From assembly GCA_951406725.2 (NCBI GenBank), contig OX597833.1, forward strand, positions 6,696,001 through 6,760,000: 64,000 bases of DNA. The letters are read 5' to 3'. How positions within the stretch are numbered: position 1 is the stretch's first letter; every line of letters starts with the position of its first letter. The position numbers and the translations under genes are program-made. The notes under the pieces were generated by a model. That model had not been told where the DNA came from, ran no database searches, and saw only the letters and a list, made by a program, of their open reading frames with translations. Of the stretch, positions 43,956-57,885 are shown in pieces. Source of the DNA: Octopus vulgaris. Taxonomy: Eukaryota.

Positions 43956-44829
43956 GTGGATTTTTCTATGCGGTGGATTTGTAGAATCGCTAGAGCGTCA
44001 GAATAAAACGGCCTTGTGGTTTGTTTTCCGATTCGTTACGTTCTGAGTTCAAATCCTGTAGAGATAACCTATCATCCTTTTGAGATCGCCAAAATAAGTA
44101 CCAGTAAATTTAGTGGGGTCGATGCAATAGGCTTGGCTCTTCCCTTAGAATTACTGGCATTGTAGTAAAATTAGAACTTTTTAATTAATTTATCTAACGG
44201 TTATATTTCAAAAAATGCTTTATTTGTTAAGCTTATAATTATTTTTATGCCATTTTTAATATTCCAAAAGGAAAACGGCCACTTCCAGAATACGATAGAG
44301 TAACTTAATATATTTTGCTACTTTCGTTTCTTTCGCGTTCAAAACTATCCGAAGGTAATATTTATTTTACCTCCCTCCTAGGATCGAAATAATAATGTTT
44401 TAAATCGATCGCACCCTTACACCTAAAATTGCTGTCTGTCTTCTAAATTTAGGAATATCCACTTTTTCTTAAAAAGATTAAATATGACATTTTTGTTGTA
44501 CAATATTGATTTCTAGTCTAGACTTAAGTATTATCGCAAGTTCTAAAACTCCCGGGGCCGGTTACCCAGTATCCACGGCCTCTAAGTGAACGACATCACA
44601 CCATTCACCCTGATCGGAAGACTAATCCGTCGCCAGGTTACTCATTTACAGTCAAGTGAACTGGGGCAATGTGAAATGAAGTGTCTTGCTCAAGAACATA
44701 ACGCACCACTCGGTCTGGGAATGGAAACCAAAATCTTATGTTCGTAAGTGAAATACCCAAACCGTTAGGCCAGGTTCCTTCACAACTTATACCTAAGGTC
44801 ACTAATATATTCTGTGTGCAGGGAAATAC

Positions 44830-45598
44830 TTTTCTACTCTAGGCACAAGGCCTGAAATTTTGGGGGAAGAGGCAGTCGATTAGATCGACCCCAGTGCGTA
44901 ACTGGTACTTAATTTATCGACGCCGAAAGAATGAAAAGCAAAGTCGACCTCGGCGGAATTTGAACTCAGAACGTCAAGTCAGACGAAATACTACTAAGCA
45001 TTTCGCCCGGCGTGCTAACGTTTCTTATTGCCCACAAGGGGTTAAACATAGAGGGGACAAACAAGGACAGACAAAGGGATTAAGTCGATTGCATCGACAC
45101 CAGTGCGTAACTGATACTTATTTAATCGACCCCGAAAGAATGAAAGGCAAAGTCGACCTCGGCGGAATTTGAACTCAGAACGTAGCGGCAGACGAAATAC
45201 CTATTTCTTTACTACCCACAAGGGGCAAAACATAGAGGGGACAAACAAAGGAATTAAGTCGATTACATCGACTCCAGTGCGTAACTGGTACTTATTTAAT
45301 CGACCTCGAAAGAATGAAAGGCAAAGTCGACCTCGGCGGAATTTGAACTCAGAACGTAGCGGCAGACGAAATACCTATTTCTTTACTACCCACAAGGGGC
45401 AAAACATAGAGGGGACAAACAAAGGAATTAAGTCGATTACATCGACTCCAGTGCGTAACTGGTACTTATTTAATCGACCTCGAAAGAATGAAAGGCAAAG
45501 TCGACCTCGGCGGAATTTGAACTCAGAACGTAGCGGTAGACGAAATACCGCAAAATATTTCGCCCGGCGTGCTGGCAATCCTGCCAGCTCGCCGCCCT
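44830..45598 (-). mobile_element. Head-to-tail SINE family B multimer including two identical 174-bp units
   Basis: cgtagc anchors at 45181, 45355 and 45529; complete head at about 45598. Confidence 0.9.
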
Positions 45599-46226
45599 CT
45601 AAGAATAGATATTGATGAGTATGAATCTCTTTTTAAATATAATTCTGGAGAACCAGCTACCTTGTGTTACTCATTTCCACCCTGAATATGTTATAATGTT
45701 TTCAAGGCCTTTAGAGAAGGGCATTTGCTTTGCTGATATAGTTTTGTAAAGTAGTGAACCTTTGCACAAAATAATTTTTTCTCAGTCAAAACTGTAGTAA
45801 ATTATCCTCGTTGTGACCCCTACCCCACCCTGCAACAAAATACATTTTGGTCATTGTTCTACTCACCGTCGCCACCCACACTTATTTCTTTTGTCTATGG
45901 GTTGCATTACACGCGTTACGGTATCTTTTACTCGTGGGTTCAAATCCTGTTGATTCAACTTAACTTTTTGTTTTATCAAAGCTGACAGAATTACCTTTAA
46001 TACACATTACGATTATTGACAGCCAATTATTTGATTTATTAAATAATTTGCAAACAAATCATTGATCTTTGATTCAAATCCTTGCCATTCTCCTTCTCCA
46101 CGAACTAATGATAGTTGTTCAAAAAGTCCGGCAATCAACTTTTACACCCGTTTCACGAGTATAACAATAGTCGCTTTACTAATCCTTTGGTCCATAAAAG
46201 ATTAAAAATTGACTGTTGATAATAGG

Positions 46227-46276
<50 letters not shown>

Positions 46277-46515
46277 TGTGTGTGTGTGTGTGTGTGTTGT
46301 TTCTGGCATTAAACTGTGGCCATGCTGGAGCTCTGCCTTGAAGAGCGAATCGACTCTAGGCTTTTTTTCCCCTTAAAGCCTGGTACTTATTCTGTCTGTT
46401 TCTTTGCCGATCGGCTAAGTTACGGGGACGTAAACACACCAACAACGATTGACAAGAGATGATAGGGAACACACACACGTACACACACACACATATATAT
46501 ATATACATATATATA

Positions 46516-46870
46516 CTCAGAACGTAGCGGCAGACGAAATACTTTTTTCTTTACTACCCACAAGGGGCAAAACATAGAGGGGACAAACAAGGACAGACAA
46601 AGGAATTAAGTCGATTATATCGACCCCAGTACGTAACTGGTACTTAATTTATCGACCCCGAAAGGATGAAAGGCAAAGTCGACCTCGGCGTAATTTGAAC
46701 TCAGAACGTAATAAACCTATATTCCTTTCTACACTAGGCACAAGGCCCGAAATTTTGGGGAAGGGGGCCAGTCGATTATATCGACCCCAGTACGTAACTA
46801 GTACTTAATTTATCGACCCCGAAAGGATGAAAGGCAAAGTCGACCTCGGCGTAATTTGATCTCAGAACGA
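46516..46870 (-). mobile_element. SINE family B multimer (further copies at 48045-48480)
   Basis: Same motifs as the other family B copies. Confidence 0.85.
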
Positions 46871-47424
46871 ACAGGACAAGTTATTACACTTGCAAAAGTT
46901 CAGGACAACTCATTCCATCTGCTAAAGTACAGAACAAGAAAATTTTTACTTAAAATATTGCGGCTATGGATAAAATTTCAAATAAAATATTTAGATTTAG
47001 AAAATATTAGTTTTTATTAAAATTTTATTAGTCGTGAGCCAATGCCTATTTTTTAAATAATGAATTTACCTACCATATATACACTATTTTACTTTGTATT
47101 AAACTTTAGATATTGGTACTTTAGTTATATTGGTACTTTAGTTATATTGGTACTTTTGGCTGTGTCCATTTTTAATAAAATGATGGTACCTTTTTTAATC
47201 ATAGCGTTATTTTGTATAACCGTAGATTGGTCTTGTGGTTTGTTTCAGGTGTGGCGTAGGTATAAAAAGGACACGAATGAGATTACAATTTTATAATTCT
47301 ACTGAAACAGCTGTTGTATATTTTGTGTTCTTTCATATGTCTGTATGTGTGGTTTGAATATATATATGTGAATATATATGTGTGTGTGTGGTGTGGTGTG
47401 AATATATATATGCATATATATATA

Positions 47425-47470
<46 letters not shown>

Positions 47471-47513
47471 GAGGTAGGTACGTACATATATGTATATATG
47501 CATATTTTTTATT

Positions 47514-47582
<69 letters not shown>

Positions 47583-47741
47583 TACACGGGTGTGTGTGAT
47601 TGTGTATAGAAGAATATATTAATAAAAGGAATTCCAACCTTGTCTGATTTTCACGTTTTATTTACAATCTTATAATGAAATAATATAATATAATATAATA
47701 TAATAAAATAAAATAATAGAATGTTAAATGTTCATTCTGAT

Positions 47742-47786
47742 TGAACTAGAACTTTCATGCATTAAATTCTGCAATCTTCAGGTTCA
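47742..47786 (-). ncRNA. Degenerate minimal hammerhead motif
   Basis: UGAAC-CUGAAGA-uUGCA-gaauuuaa-UGCAu-GAAA-guuc-UA-GUUCA: 5-bp stem I; U-U mismatch at the base of stem II. Confidence 0.5.
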
Positions 47787-47823
47787 TGTAGTAGTGGTGA
47801 CAGTCATGCTTCACAATGTTTGA

Positions 47824-47914
<91 letters not shown>

Positions 47915-49484
47915 CATATGCACAAATACAAAACCTCCCTGAACTAGAAACCTTTATACAAATATAACCCTTGCCATAATTATACTCTCAACGAGGGCCA
48001 ATTACACAATATTAATGCATCGTATTATCTCATCAGGCAGCCGAATGTGGCGAGCTGGCAGAATCGGTTGCACGCCCATTAAAATGCTTTGCGACATTTC
48101 ACCCGCTTTTTTTTTTTTTTAATTCTGAGTTCAAATTCCGCCGAGGTCGACGTTACCTTTCATCCTTTTAGTTTCAGCAAAATAAATACCTATTTCTTTA
48201 TTACCCACAAGGGGCTAAACACAGAGGCAACAAACAAGGACAGACATAGGTATTAAGTCGATTACATCGACCCCAGTGCGTAACTGGTACTTTAATTTAT
48301 CGACCCCGAAAGGATGAAAGGCAAAGTCGACCTCGGCGGAATTTGAACTCAGAACGTAACGGCAGACGTAATACCGCAAAGCATTTCGTCCGGCGTGCTA
48401 ACGTTTCTGCCAGCTCGCCGCCTTGCAGCAAAATAAATACCAGTTAAACCCTGGGGTCGGTGTAATCGACTTACCTTCTTCCACTAAAACAACCATAAAC
48501 CAAAAAGCCCTCAATATGTTGAACCCTTACCCCACCCACTCTTACAAATGTGTGGACTCTTTCAACTTAATAAATCGAGAAACCCAAAACATAAGGATGC
48601 AATCTTCTAAAGCCGCGATTTTTAAGTTCAAACTCTGCCGAAGTCAATTAAATTATGTTCTGCCCTAATAATGTTTTCTCACCCTCATGTATATAATTTC
48701 ATACGAGCCAGACACTAATATAGTATTTCAGAAAGAAATGTGTGTGTGTGTGTGTGTGGTGTGTGTGTGTGTGCGTGTGTGTGTGTGAGAATGTGGACTA
48801 GTTAGTAACAGTAGAATGATATTTGATCTCTTACACAAACTTTGTTATATTAAGGGAAGAAAGAAACAGGATATGTTGAAAATTGTTGTGTTTCTTTTTC
48901 CTACGGTCATTAAAGTCCTTAATTGAAATGAGTTTGTGAAACCAGGCGACTAACTTTTCATATTAAGAATAGATTTCCTGCCCTAAACTACGAAACGCTC
49001 GCTTCCTTTTAAGAATACTCTTCAAGCAATAAGATATATGATGGCTCTTTTATTGACGCGCAGTATTAAGGTTAACCAGACACGGAAACATTTATTCTCT
49101 TCAAAAGGGACATTAAGGACTTCTTTTTGTAAGGGCTCAGTCTGCAGAGTAAGGGCCGTGTCAACGAATTGTTTCCTGGGCCTCCGTGATGTGCGGATTG
49201 AAGTTTTCTTGAAACCAGAGTCTTGACCCCAGTATTTGTAGCAGTGTGAGTTCTGTTAAATACAGCGAAATATGATATGGTGGAATTATATCGGGCGACA
49301 TTTGAAGTCTGTCCTCAGCAGAACAGAAATGATCCTTTCTACGGACGACTTCCACGGTTTCTGTTTACTAAATTTCAGTCACGTTTTTGTCGATGCGAGG
49401 CTATGGAAGATACTTGCACGACGTACAATTGGATTGAAACCAAATTAATGCATTATCTTTGATGGCATATAAGATGCGGCTTCC

Positions 49485-49915
49485 CGCACAAGGCCAAGTC
49501 AGGGAAGATGTGGGACATGCACCGTTGCAGCACGTTGCAGCCCGTTGCTATCATTCACCATTTGTCAGTATATTTCCAGGTCCACTCGGAGATCCGCAGG
49601 CCAGAGTCCAAACTGGTCTCCATCTCCTCATCTGCTGTATCCATGTGGCATGCGGTTGATCAACACAAGCCATCAGTCTATCAGGATCCTCAGAGAAGAG
49701 AACACTAAGCAGGATCTAACTCGGGAAATTGGGCAACATGGCCAGTCAGTCTGAGCTGGCGCACATGAATCATACAAGTAGAAGGACGCATTCCAGTTTC
49801 TGTGTAAAGTCATTGACTGGATGCGAAATTCGATCAATGGCAACCCATAATACTACGAAATGCTCTGATATCAAAGGAATTCAGATGGCCCCTAAGTGCT
49901 CCTGGCCTTAGAGTA
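49485..49915 (-). mobile_element. RTE-X/Expander-like LINE 3' fragment
   Basis: Minus translation LNSFDIRAFRSIMG...YTETGMRP..MIHVRQLRLTGHVAQFPELDPA...PHATWIQQM, with stops. Confidence 0.7.
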
Positions 49916-50190
49916 TCTTGATATAAGATAAAGACCCAGTCCTTCCTCCAGCAAAAAAGGAAATTCACTGCTGTATAAACAAATGTGGCCTTGAGAGGAG
50001 GGGCTTAATCGAGCTATCGACACTCTTACTTGAAAAGTACTTTATTTTATCGACCTCGAAAGAATGAAAGGCAAGGTTGACTTTAGCGGAATTTGAACTG
50101 AGAACCAAAGAAGCCGTAACTAAATACCACCAAGCATTTTAACCGATGCTCTACTGATTCTGGCAAAACACCGCTCTTGGTGTCAATGTA

Positions 50191-50569
50191 TACTACCGTC
50201 AGAAATTAATTAGCACCCTTGATTTGCTCTTCACTCAAGGTATGTGCTGTCACCTAGTGGCCATATCTCGAACTATTGCTTTGTTGCGAGTTCACTGTTG
50301 CGCAGAACGATGACGTAACTTTGTTTGCAGAGCAGTTTGAGAGTCTACAGCCTTATGATGTTGACATAGCAGTGCAACAACAACTTGGAGTGCGGATGCA
50401 GACAAACTTCCTTTGTTTAATAGATATAGGTAGCGCCTCGCAAGGACCGAAATCACACCGTACTAAGTTTTCTCATCGCGTAAGACGTTTTGAACAGTTC
50501 ATAGGTTAATTGATTTAACCTATTTAATGTAGAAATTTGAGAAGTGCTAATTAATTTCTGACGCAAGTG
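50191..50569. mobile_element. Tc1/mariner-type MITE
   Basis: TIR core cgtcagaaattaattagcac at both ends; flanking TA at 50189-50190 and 50570-50571. Confidence 0.8.
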
Positions 50570-51368
50570 TATGCACAAAGCCAGCAGCTTTAGGGGACGG
50601 TGTTAGCCAATAACATCGATCCCAATACTTAACTGGTACTTTATTTTATCGCAAAATGTACCGAGTTTGTTCGATCTTTTAACGGTTCTACATTTGTTCT
50701 AAACATCCTGCCAAACAAGGGCTCTTTTGTCGCGTATAATATCAAGGCCAGATTAAGGACCCGTGGTGAGGTTTTGTTATCATCAGTATGTAAACTCCAT
50801 GACTCTGTTTCAATTCCTAGCTGGAACTAATCTTATCAATGCTTTTATTAGATAAAGAACTTAATAAATTTGTTTATTACGTACCCAACGGAGGGTGGAA
50901 ATGAATCAGGAAGCGGGTTACCACAGTGAAATGTTGCGTAGCGACTGAAACAGTTCGTTCTTTATTAGACACGTGACAACTCAATACAAATGTTTACATA
51001 TCCACACATATACGTGTGAGTATATGCACACACACTCGCACATATACATACAGATACACATACATACACATATAAGCAGAGGAATAAACGCACACGATAG
51101 CGGTAAATATGGAAATATTTAATTGTGTGTGTGTGTGTGTGTTTTTATACGTGTCACTTTGCACTCATTAACCAATTAACAAAAAACAATTAAGTTTTTA
51201 AGCTGAAATTTTACATTAATTACAATAGTGCACTTGTCTGACCATGGCTTACACTTAACTGTACTTAAAGAATGGTGGCATAATGTATATATGTATGTGC
51301 GTGTATGGATTAACACATGTAGTATGTACATATGTGTGTGTATTTGTGTATATATGCACACACAAATA

Positions 51369-51419
<51 letters not shown>

Positions 51420-53285
51420 GTGAATTGTTTATGAATGTTTCCAAAAATTATATTAAATTAACTGAAAAGTACGCAAACGACCCATTTATAATTAATCCAG
51501 CATCCAAACATCTCCATTGTATTTTTGTATTCTTTTAAGCAAAAATCCCCGACAGATCTTTGGTCGTTGGTTTATAAAGCGTCTTCGATAAATAATAAAA
51601 CGTTAAAGACCAATAAAAATATATTGGAATATATTTTTGACGCTTCGGGTTACTTTAAATGCCAGACTCGAGTTCTTTATACACACATCTATCATATGTG
51701 TGTGTATGTGTGTGTGTGTGTGTATATACACACACATATATATGTATATATATTATGTGTGTGTGTGTGTGTAATGTATATGTATGTATTTATAGTGACA
51801 TAGTCCTCGCAGGGAGAACACCTGCGTGTTAAGATGTAGAATTAATAGTATCTGTAAAGGTGTGGTTGTTTATCGTTTTAAGGCGTTTCTACAACGATAA
51901 CCAGCATGTGCCCCTTTACACACACACAAACACGCAAACACACACATACATAGACATTTATACACATAAATATGCTACAGGTAAATATGAACACAGAATA
52001 GCAAGCACGAATGTTATACAGTTAGATGTGCGTGACTTTGTGTGTGTGTGTATTCTTTTAACAAATGTCCGCATATTACAGCTGCTCTCTCTCTTTCTCA
52101 CTCTCTCAAACACACACACACACAATCTCTGAATACTGGCAAAGCGCCCTTCATGAGAAAACACAAGAAGCACTGCGAGTTCTGTGTATGCCGAGCAACT
52201 ATGACCAGTATGGTCTTCTCTTTCAAGAATGTGAAGATGCTGCGTTGGAGGGTGGTGCATCAGCCAATAAGAATTGGATGACAAGTATTTCTAAAGAACA
52301 GCATGAGATGAGGGTTGTCTTGGCTAAGTCTCAATCGTCCTAGAACAAACGTCATCTTGAAATTCATTCAAGTCATTACGAAGAATGCAAACCACAAGAT
52401 TTTCGCTACTACAATGAGATGGCAAGTGTTAGAATATTGATCGAAGGTTGGTCGCTGATCTAGCGAGGGAAACCGTTGCATTATAATGGAAGGCCCTGAA
52501 ACGGTGCTTGTCTCTTTTGTTATTATCCGATTCACAGAGATTTTTACACATACATGCATACATACATACATACATGCATACATACATACATACATACATA
52601 CAAGCATGCATACACATACATACATACATATCATGTAATCATGTGACCGACCAGACTATCAGATGTTGTTACATATCGCTGGTCACAATGCGCTTTGCAC
52701 CGCTGTAAGCTTCGAACGACGCCACCCCTCTGACTAGAGGAGCAGGCAAACATTCCCCGGTTCGAAAGTGGTGCTGGAGCAACGTAAAATGAAGAGCACA
52801 GCACACTGCCAGCTCTGGGAATCGAACTCCCGATCATGCGATCATGAACGCAACACTCTAACCACTAGGCCACTCGCCTTTATTCATATATGTATATGTA
52901 TGTGCGTTTATATGTGTATGTAAGCATACATGAGTATATGAACACACACACACACACAGACACGCATACGCACTCACACACACGCAGATGCATGTATGTG
53001 TGTATATATCCTCATAAAGAGAAATCCATTTAATCATGGCCTCCAGTCTCGCTTTAAAAGAAAGAAGCTCTGCGTTATCTTCGAGTGTCAGATCGAATTA
53101 CAGGATGTCTATCTCCGTTCCTGCATTCTTAGTCAGTGTTTGCTTCTGGGTAAGTGTGCATGGGTATGTGTGTGTGCGTGTGTGTATATGTGTGTTCTTG
53201 TTTGTGTATGTGTATTGATAATGTACATATGCGTGAATATATGTAAACGTTGGTACCAATACACATATACATTAATATACACAAT

Positions 53286-53344
<59 letters not shown>

Positions 53345-53363
53345 GCAATCTATCTATCTAGCA

Positions 53364-53519
<156 letters not shown>

Positions 53520-53592
53520 TATGTATTTATGTATATATGTATGTTTTGTATGTGTGTGTATACGTGCAGATATATACCTACACACACACACG

Positions 53593-53631
<39 letters not shown>

Positions 53632-54494
53632 ATATGAATATGCATATATATATATATACATATATATCCGTATATATGCACACAATTATTCTTTTATTAT
53701 TAACGATGGCATACCTGAAAGTTTTAGTCCTTCATATGCTAATTCCACTTTTGGTTTAGTAATCATTTATCGATTTCTAATTATCGAGTCGCTGAGTTAA
53801 AATTCAAGAAAGAACAGCATAAACAACGATAAAGTGCTGCATTTAAAAGGTTAAGTCGAACTTCATACAATTGCTCCTTAATTATCCAAACAAATATGAA
53901 AGCTAAAACGAAATTTATCTGCATCACTCTCAACTGAAGAATGCATGAATTGATTTCAAACTACTGTATAAATTTACATTATTAATCCATATTAAATAAT
54001 TTTCAAATCGATAAAATTATCCAACGTCTATTGCAGTGTTTGGGTGTATAAATTAACATTTTAGCCAGGAGCTACAAAGGACATATTTCAGACAATAAGC
54101 TACTGAGTTATATACAAAAGTTTATAGTTTCTGGCGTGTCTGGTAGACAAGAGTTCTGCTTTGTAATTCGGTTATTTTGGTTTCTGTCCCACTTGGTCAA
54201 AATATGTCTTTTGTTATAGCCCCGGATTTGAGAAAGAAATTAGTCGACGGCACCGGTGAAAAAGCCTGAGGTCGTTCGCTTCATTCTATTCTCAAATTAT
54301 GTCTCTTTGAAAACGTTCCCAGAACAATATTCCTAGCATGGATAATTCCATGGCCCTCCTTATTTCTAACATTTTGTTGTAGTCAACGTCTTTTGTTATC
54401 CTTCACTGGAACATATCTTTCATTGAGGCAAGCACCCTCCACCTCACTGTCGCCCAATACGAGATTTCAGCGTTCAAACGCGCACACACACGTG

Positions 54495-54541
<47 letters not shown>

Positions 54542-54544
<3 letters not shown>

Positions 54545-54640
54545 TGGTGCCTGTCCCAAATAGACGTACTCCTTCACCTCCTTGCTTTCATCGTTTGCTA
54601 CAGAAATGTCCCCTTGCAGTACTTTTACGGACAGCATTCC
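54542..54640 (-). mobile_element. Short LINE RT-thumb fragment (RTE-like) between (TA)n tracts
   Basis: Translation [20 protein letters not shown] resembles the V..Y.YLG motif. Confidence 0.45.
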
Positions 54641-54654
54641 TATATATAATAAAC

Positions 54655-54743
<89 letters not shown>

Positions 54744-55038
54744 CAAGTAAGTGTATGTATATATACATACATATATGTATTTATTTGTATATATCTATCT
54801 ATATATATATGCATATTTACATATGTGCGTGTGTCTGCATATAAATGTATGCATATACACACATAAACACGTAAATGTTTATATACGTGTGTATATCTGT
54901 GAGGGTTGATTCTATGAACGTGCGTAGAGCCATTGAAATTTATTGTCTTTTATTAAAGCAATGTCATTTGGTATGTTTATTTAAAGAGGAAAATACTATA
55001 AGGACGCACTCTCGCTCATATACAAGTGTATAAGTTTG

Positions 55039-55128
<90 letters not shown>

Positions 55129-55345
55129 CATGTGTATATGTATATGTATATATGAATATATATATTTATATATATGTATACATGTATATATAAGTATATG
55201 TGTATATATGTATATATATGTCTGTGTATATGTATATATATATATGTCGATGCATATATATGTATATGCATATGTATGCATATACGTATATATCTGTGTA
55301 CGTATATATTTCGATATATATATATATATATTTATATATATTTGT

Positions 55346-55423
<78 letters not shown>

Positions 55424-55991
55424 TTATATATACATACATATATACATGTATGTATGTATGTATGTGTATATATATCTAAGGGGGTAAATAAAATGTTAAA
55501 AAATTTTTGGTAATTTTCCAAACATGGGTGGCCTGTTGTTATTGTTGTTGTTGTTCCTTTTTTGTTATTGTTAGTGTAGTTGTGGACGTTGCTATTGTAG
55601 CTGTAATTCCCTTTGTGCTTGAAGTTTTTATTATTGTAGTAGCAGTAGCAGCAGTAGCAGCAGTTGTAGAGGTTATTGCTGTGGTTGGTGTTGTAGTGTC
55701 TAAACTAATAATCCAGTTGTTATTTTAAATTTTCAATTGTTGTTGTTTAGTCTTTCTTTACCCCTCAGTTCTTTAAGTCAAAGTTAATTAGTGTCGGTGG
55801 TGGTGGTCGTGGAAGGAGGTGCTGGCGACGGTTGTGGTGCTGGTGTTCTAAGGACGGGTCGGGAGTGATGTCGATGGTGTTGGTATGGGGTGGATGGCGA
55901 CGGTTGTGGAACAGCATGGACTAAAATATTGAAGTGGAGTGGATAGAGAGATAGAGAGAGAAAGAGAGAGAGAAGGAGAGAGAGAGTTAAG

Positions 55992-56024
<33 letters not shown>

Positions 56025-56508
56025 AGGAGAGAGAAGTACAAAGAGATAGAGAGAGCGAGAGAAGGAGAGGGAAGTACAGAGAGGAGAGAAAAATAGAGAG
56101 GAGAGAGAGAACGAGAGGGGAGAGAGAGAAGGGGAGGGAAGAGAGAGAAGGAGAGGGGAGAGAGAGAAGGGGAGGGGAGAGAGAGAAGGAGAGTGGAAAG
56201 AGAGGAGAGAGAGAGAAAAGGAAAGACGGAAGGAAAGAGAGAAGGACAAAGAGAGAAGGAGATAGAAAAGGAAAGAGAAAGAGGAAGATTGATTTATCAG
56301 TAAGAAGTAATATGGAGATGGGTGGCGTGGTTTGTTTGGGAGAGAGAAAGAGAGAGAGAGAATAGCAGGGAGAGTGGGAAAGATATAGTGATGGAAAGGG
56401 AATGAGAGAAAGAGAGGGAAAGAAAGAGAGAGACAGACAGACAGTGAAAGAAATAGTGAAAAAGTATGAGAGTGAGTGGGTGCGTAACAGAAAGAGTGAA
56501 ATAAATAT

Positions 56509-56547
<39 letters not shown>

Positions 56548-56684
56548 AAAAAGAAAGATAGACAGATTGTGAAGGAGAGCGGCAGTGATTGTATGATATA
56601 GAGAGAAGAAGCAAGATGGAAAGAGAGGGGGAGGGAAGGATAACGAGAGAGAGGGAGGGAGACGGGGGGGGGAGAGAAATTATG

Positions 56685-56727
<43 letters not shown>

Positions 56728-57665
56728 AAAGAGACGTAGAGAGGATAAAGTCAGAAAGGTAGTGGTAGAGATAGTGAGATAGAGGGAGAGAGAGAGAGGG
56801 AGAGACGAAGAGAGCAATAAAGATAGGGAAAGAAGACAGAGTGAGAGAAAGAGGGAAGGTGAGAAGGTAAATGAGAATGAAGAAGAGAAGGAGGAGAAAT
56901 TAGAAGAGAATGAAAGAGAGGATATGATAGAACAAAACTGAAGAAGTACGCGCATGTGTATGAGAGAGAGGATATGTGCGAGAGAGAGAGAGAGAGAGAG
57001 AGAGGATATGTGCGAGAGAGAGAGAGGATATGTGCGAGAGAGTGACAGAGAAAGAGAGAGGGAGATAAAAGAATAGACTGGAAAACAACGAAAAAAATGG
57101 AAACAAACAATAAAAAAAAACAAAAATCAACAAAAAATGAAGACCTAAAAATGAAGACGAAGACGAAAGCATATTAAAATGACATTTTTTAGTGGAAAAT
57201 ATGACAAGGGAATAGCAATGAGGTTATTTTCGCTTCTCCATGTCGTCTGCTGGTGTAGGTGAGCAGACGACAACGGGAGTGGAGTGGATGGTAGTGATAT
57301 ATAATTGTTTGTGCTTGTGGTTCTTGAAGGAACAGTAGGTTGTATTGGTTTGTGGGGGGGGGGGATAAAGGGAGAAGATTTGTAAGAAAAGGGGCGACGC
57401 GTGAGGGTGTTTGAAGTAGGGGTACGGAGGGGTGGGGGTAAGTTGGGGATCTGGTTGCTTATGTGCACAAGTGTATTGTATCGCCACATGCTTATATGTA
57501 ATAACCTATGTATTTATAAATAAAGATACATACATGCATCTCTCCCACTCTCTCTCTCTCTCTCGCTCACTCTTTCTCTTTCTGTCTCTCACTTTTTCTC
57601 TTTCCCTCTCTTTCACTGTGATTATACATTTACACATACACACACACACATATATATATATACAA

Positions 57666-57727
<62 letters not shown>

Positions 57728-57747
57728 ATATATATATATATATATAT

Positions 57748-57795
<48 letters not shown>

Positions 57796-57799
57796 AGTA

Positions 57800-57885
<86 letters not shown>

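Noticed and set aside
45169-45615. 148-aa ORF with an internal 58-aa repeat
   Set aside because: Antisense translation of tandem SINE units.
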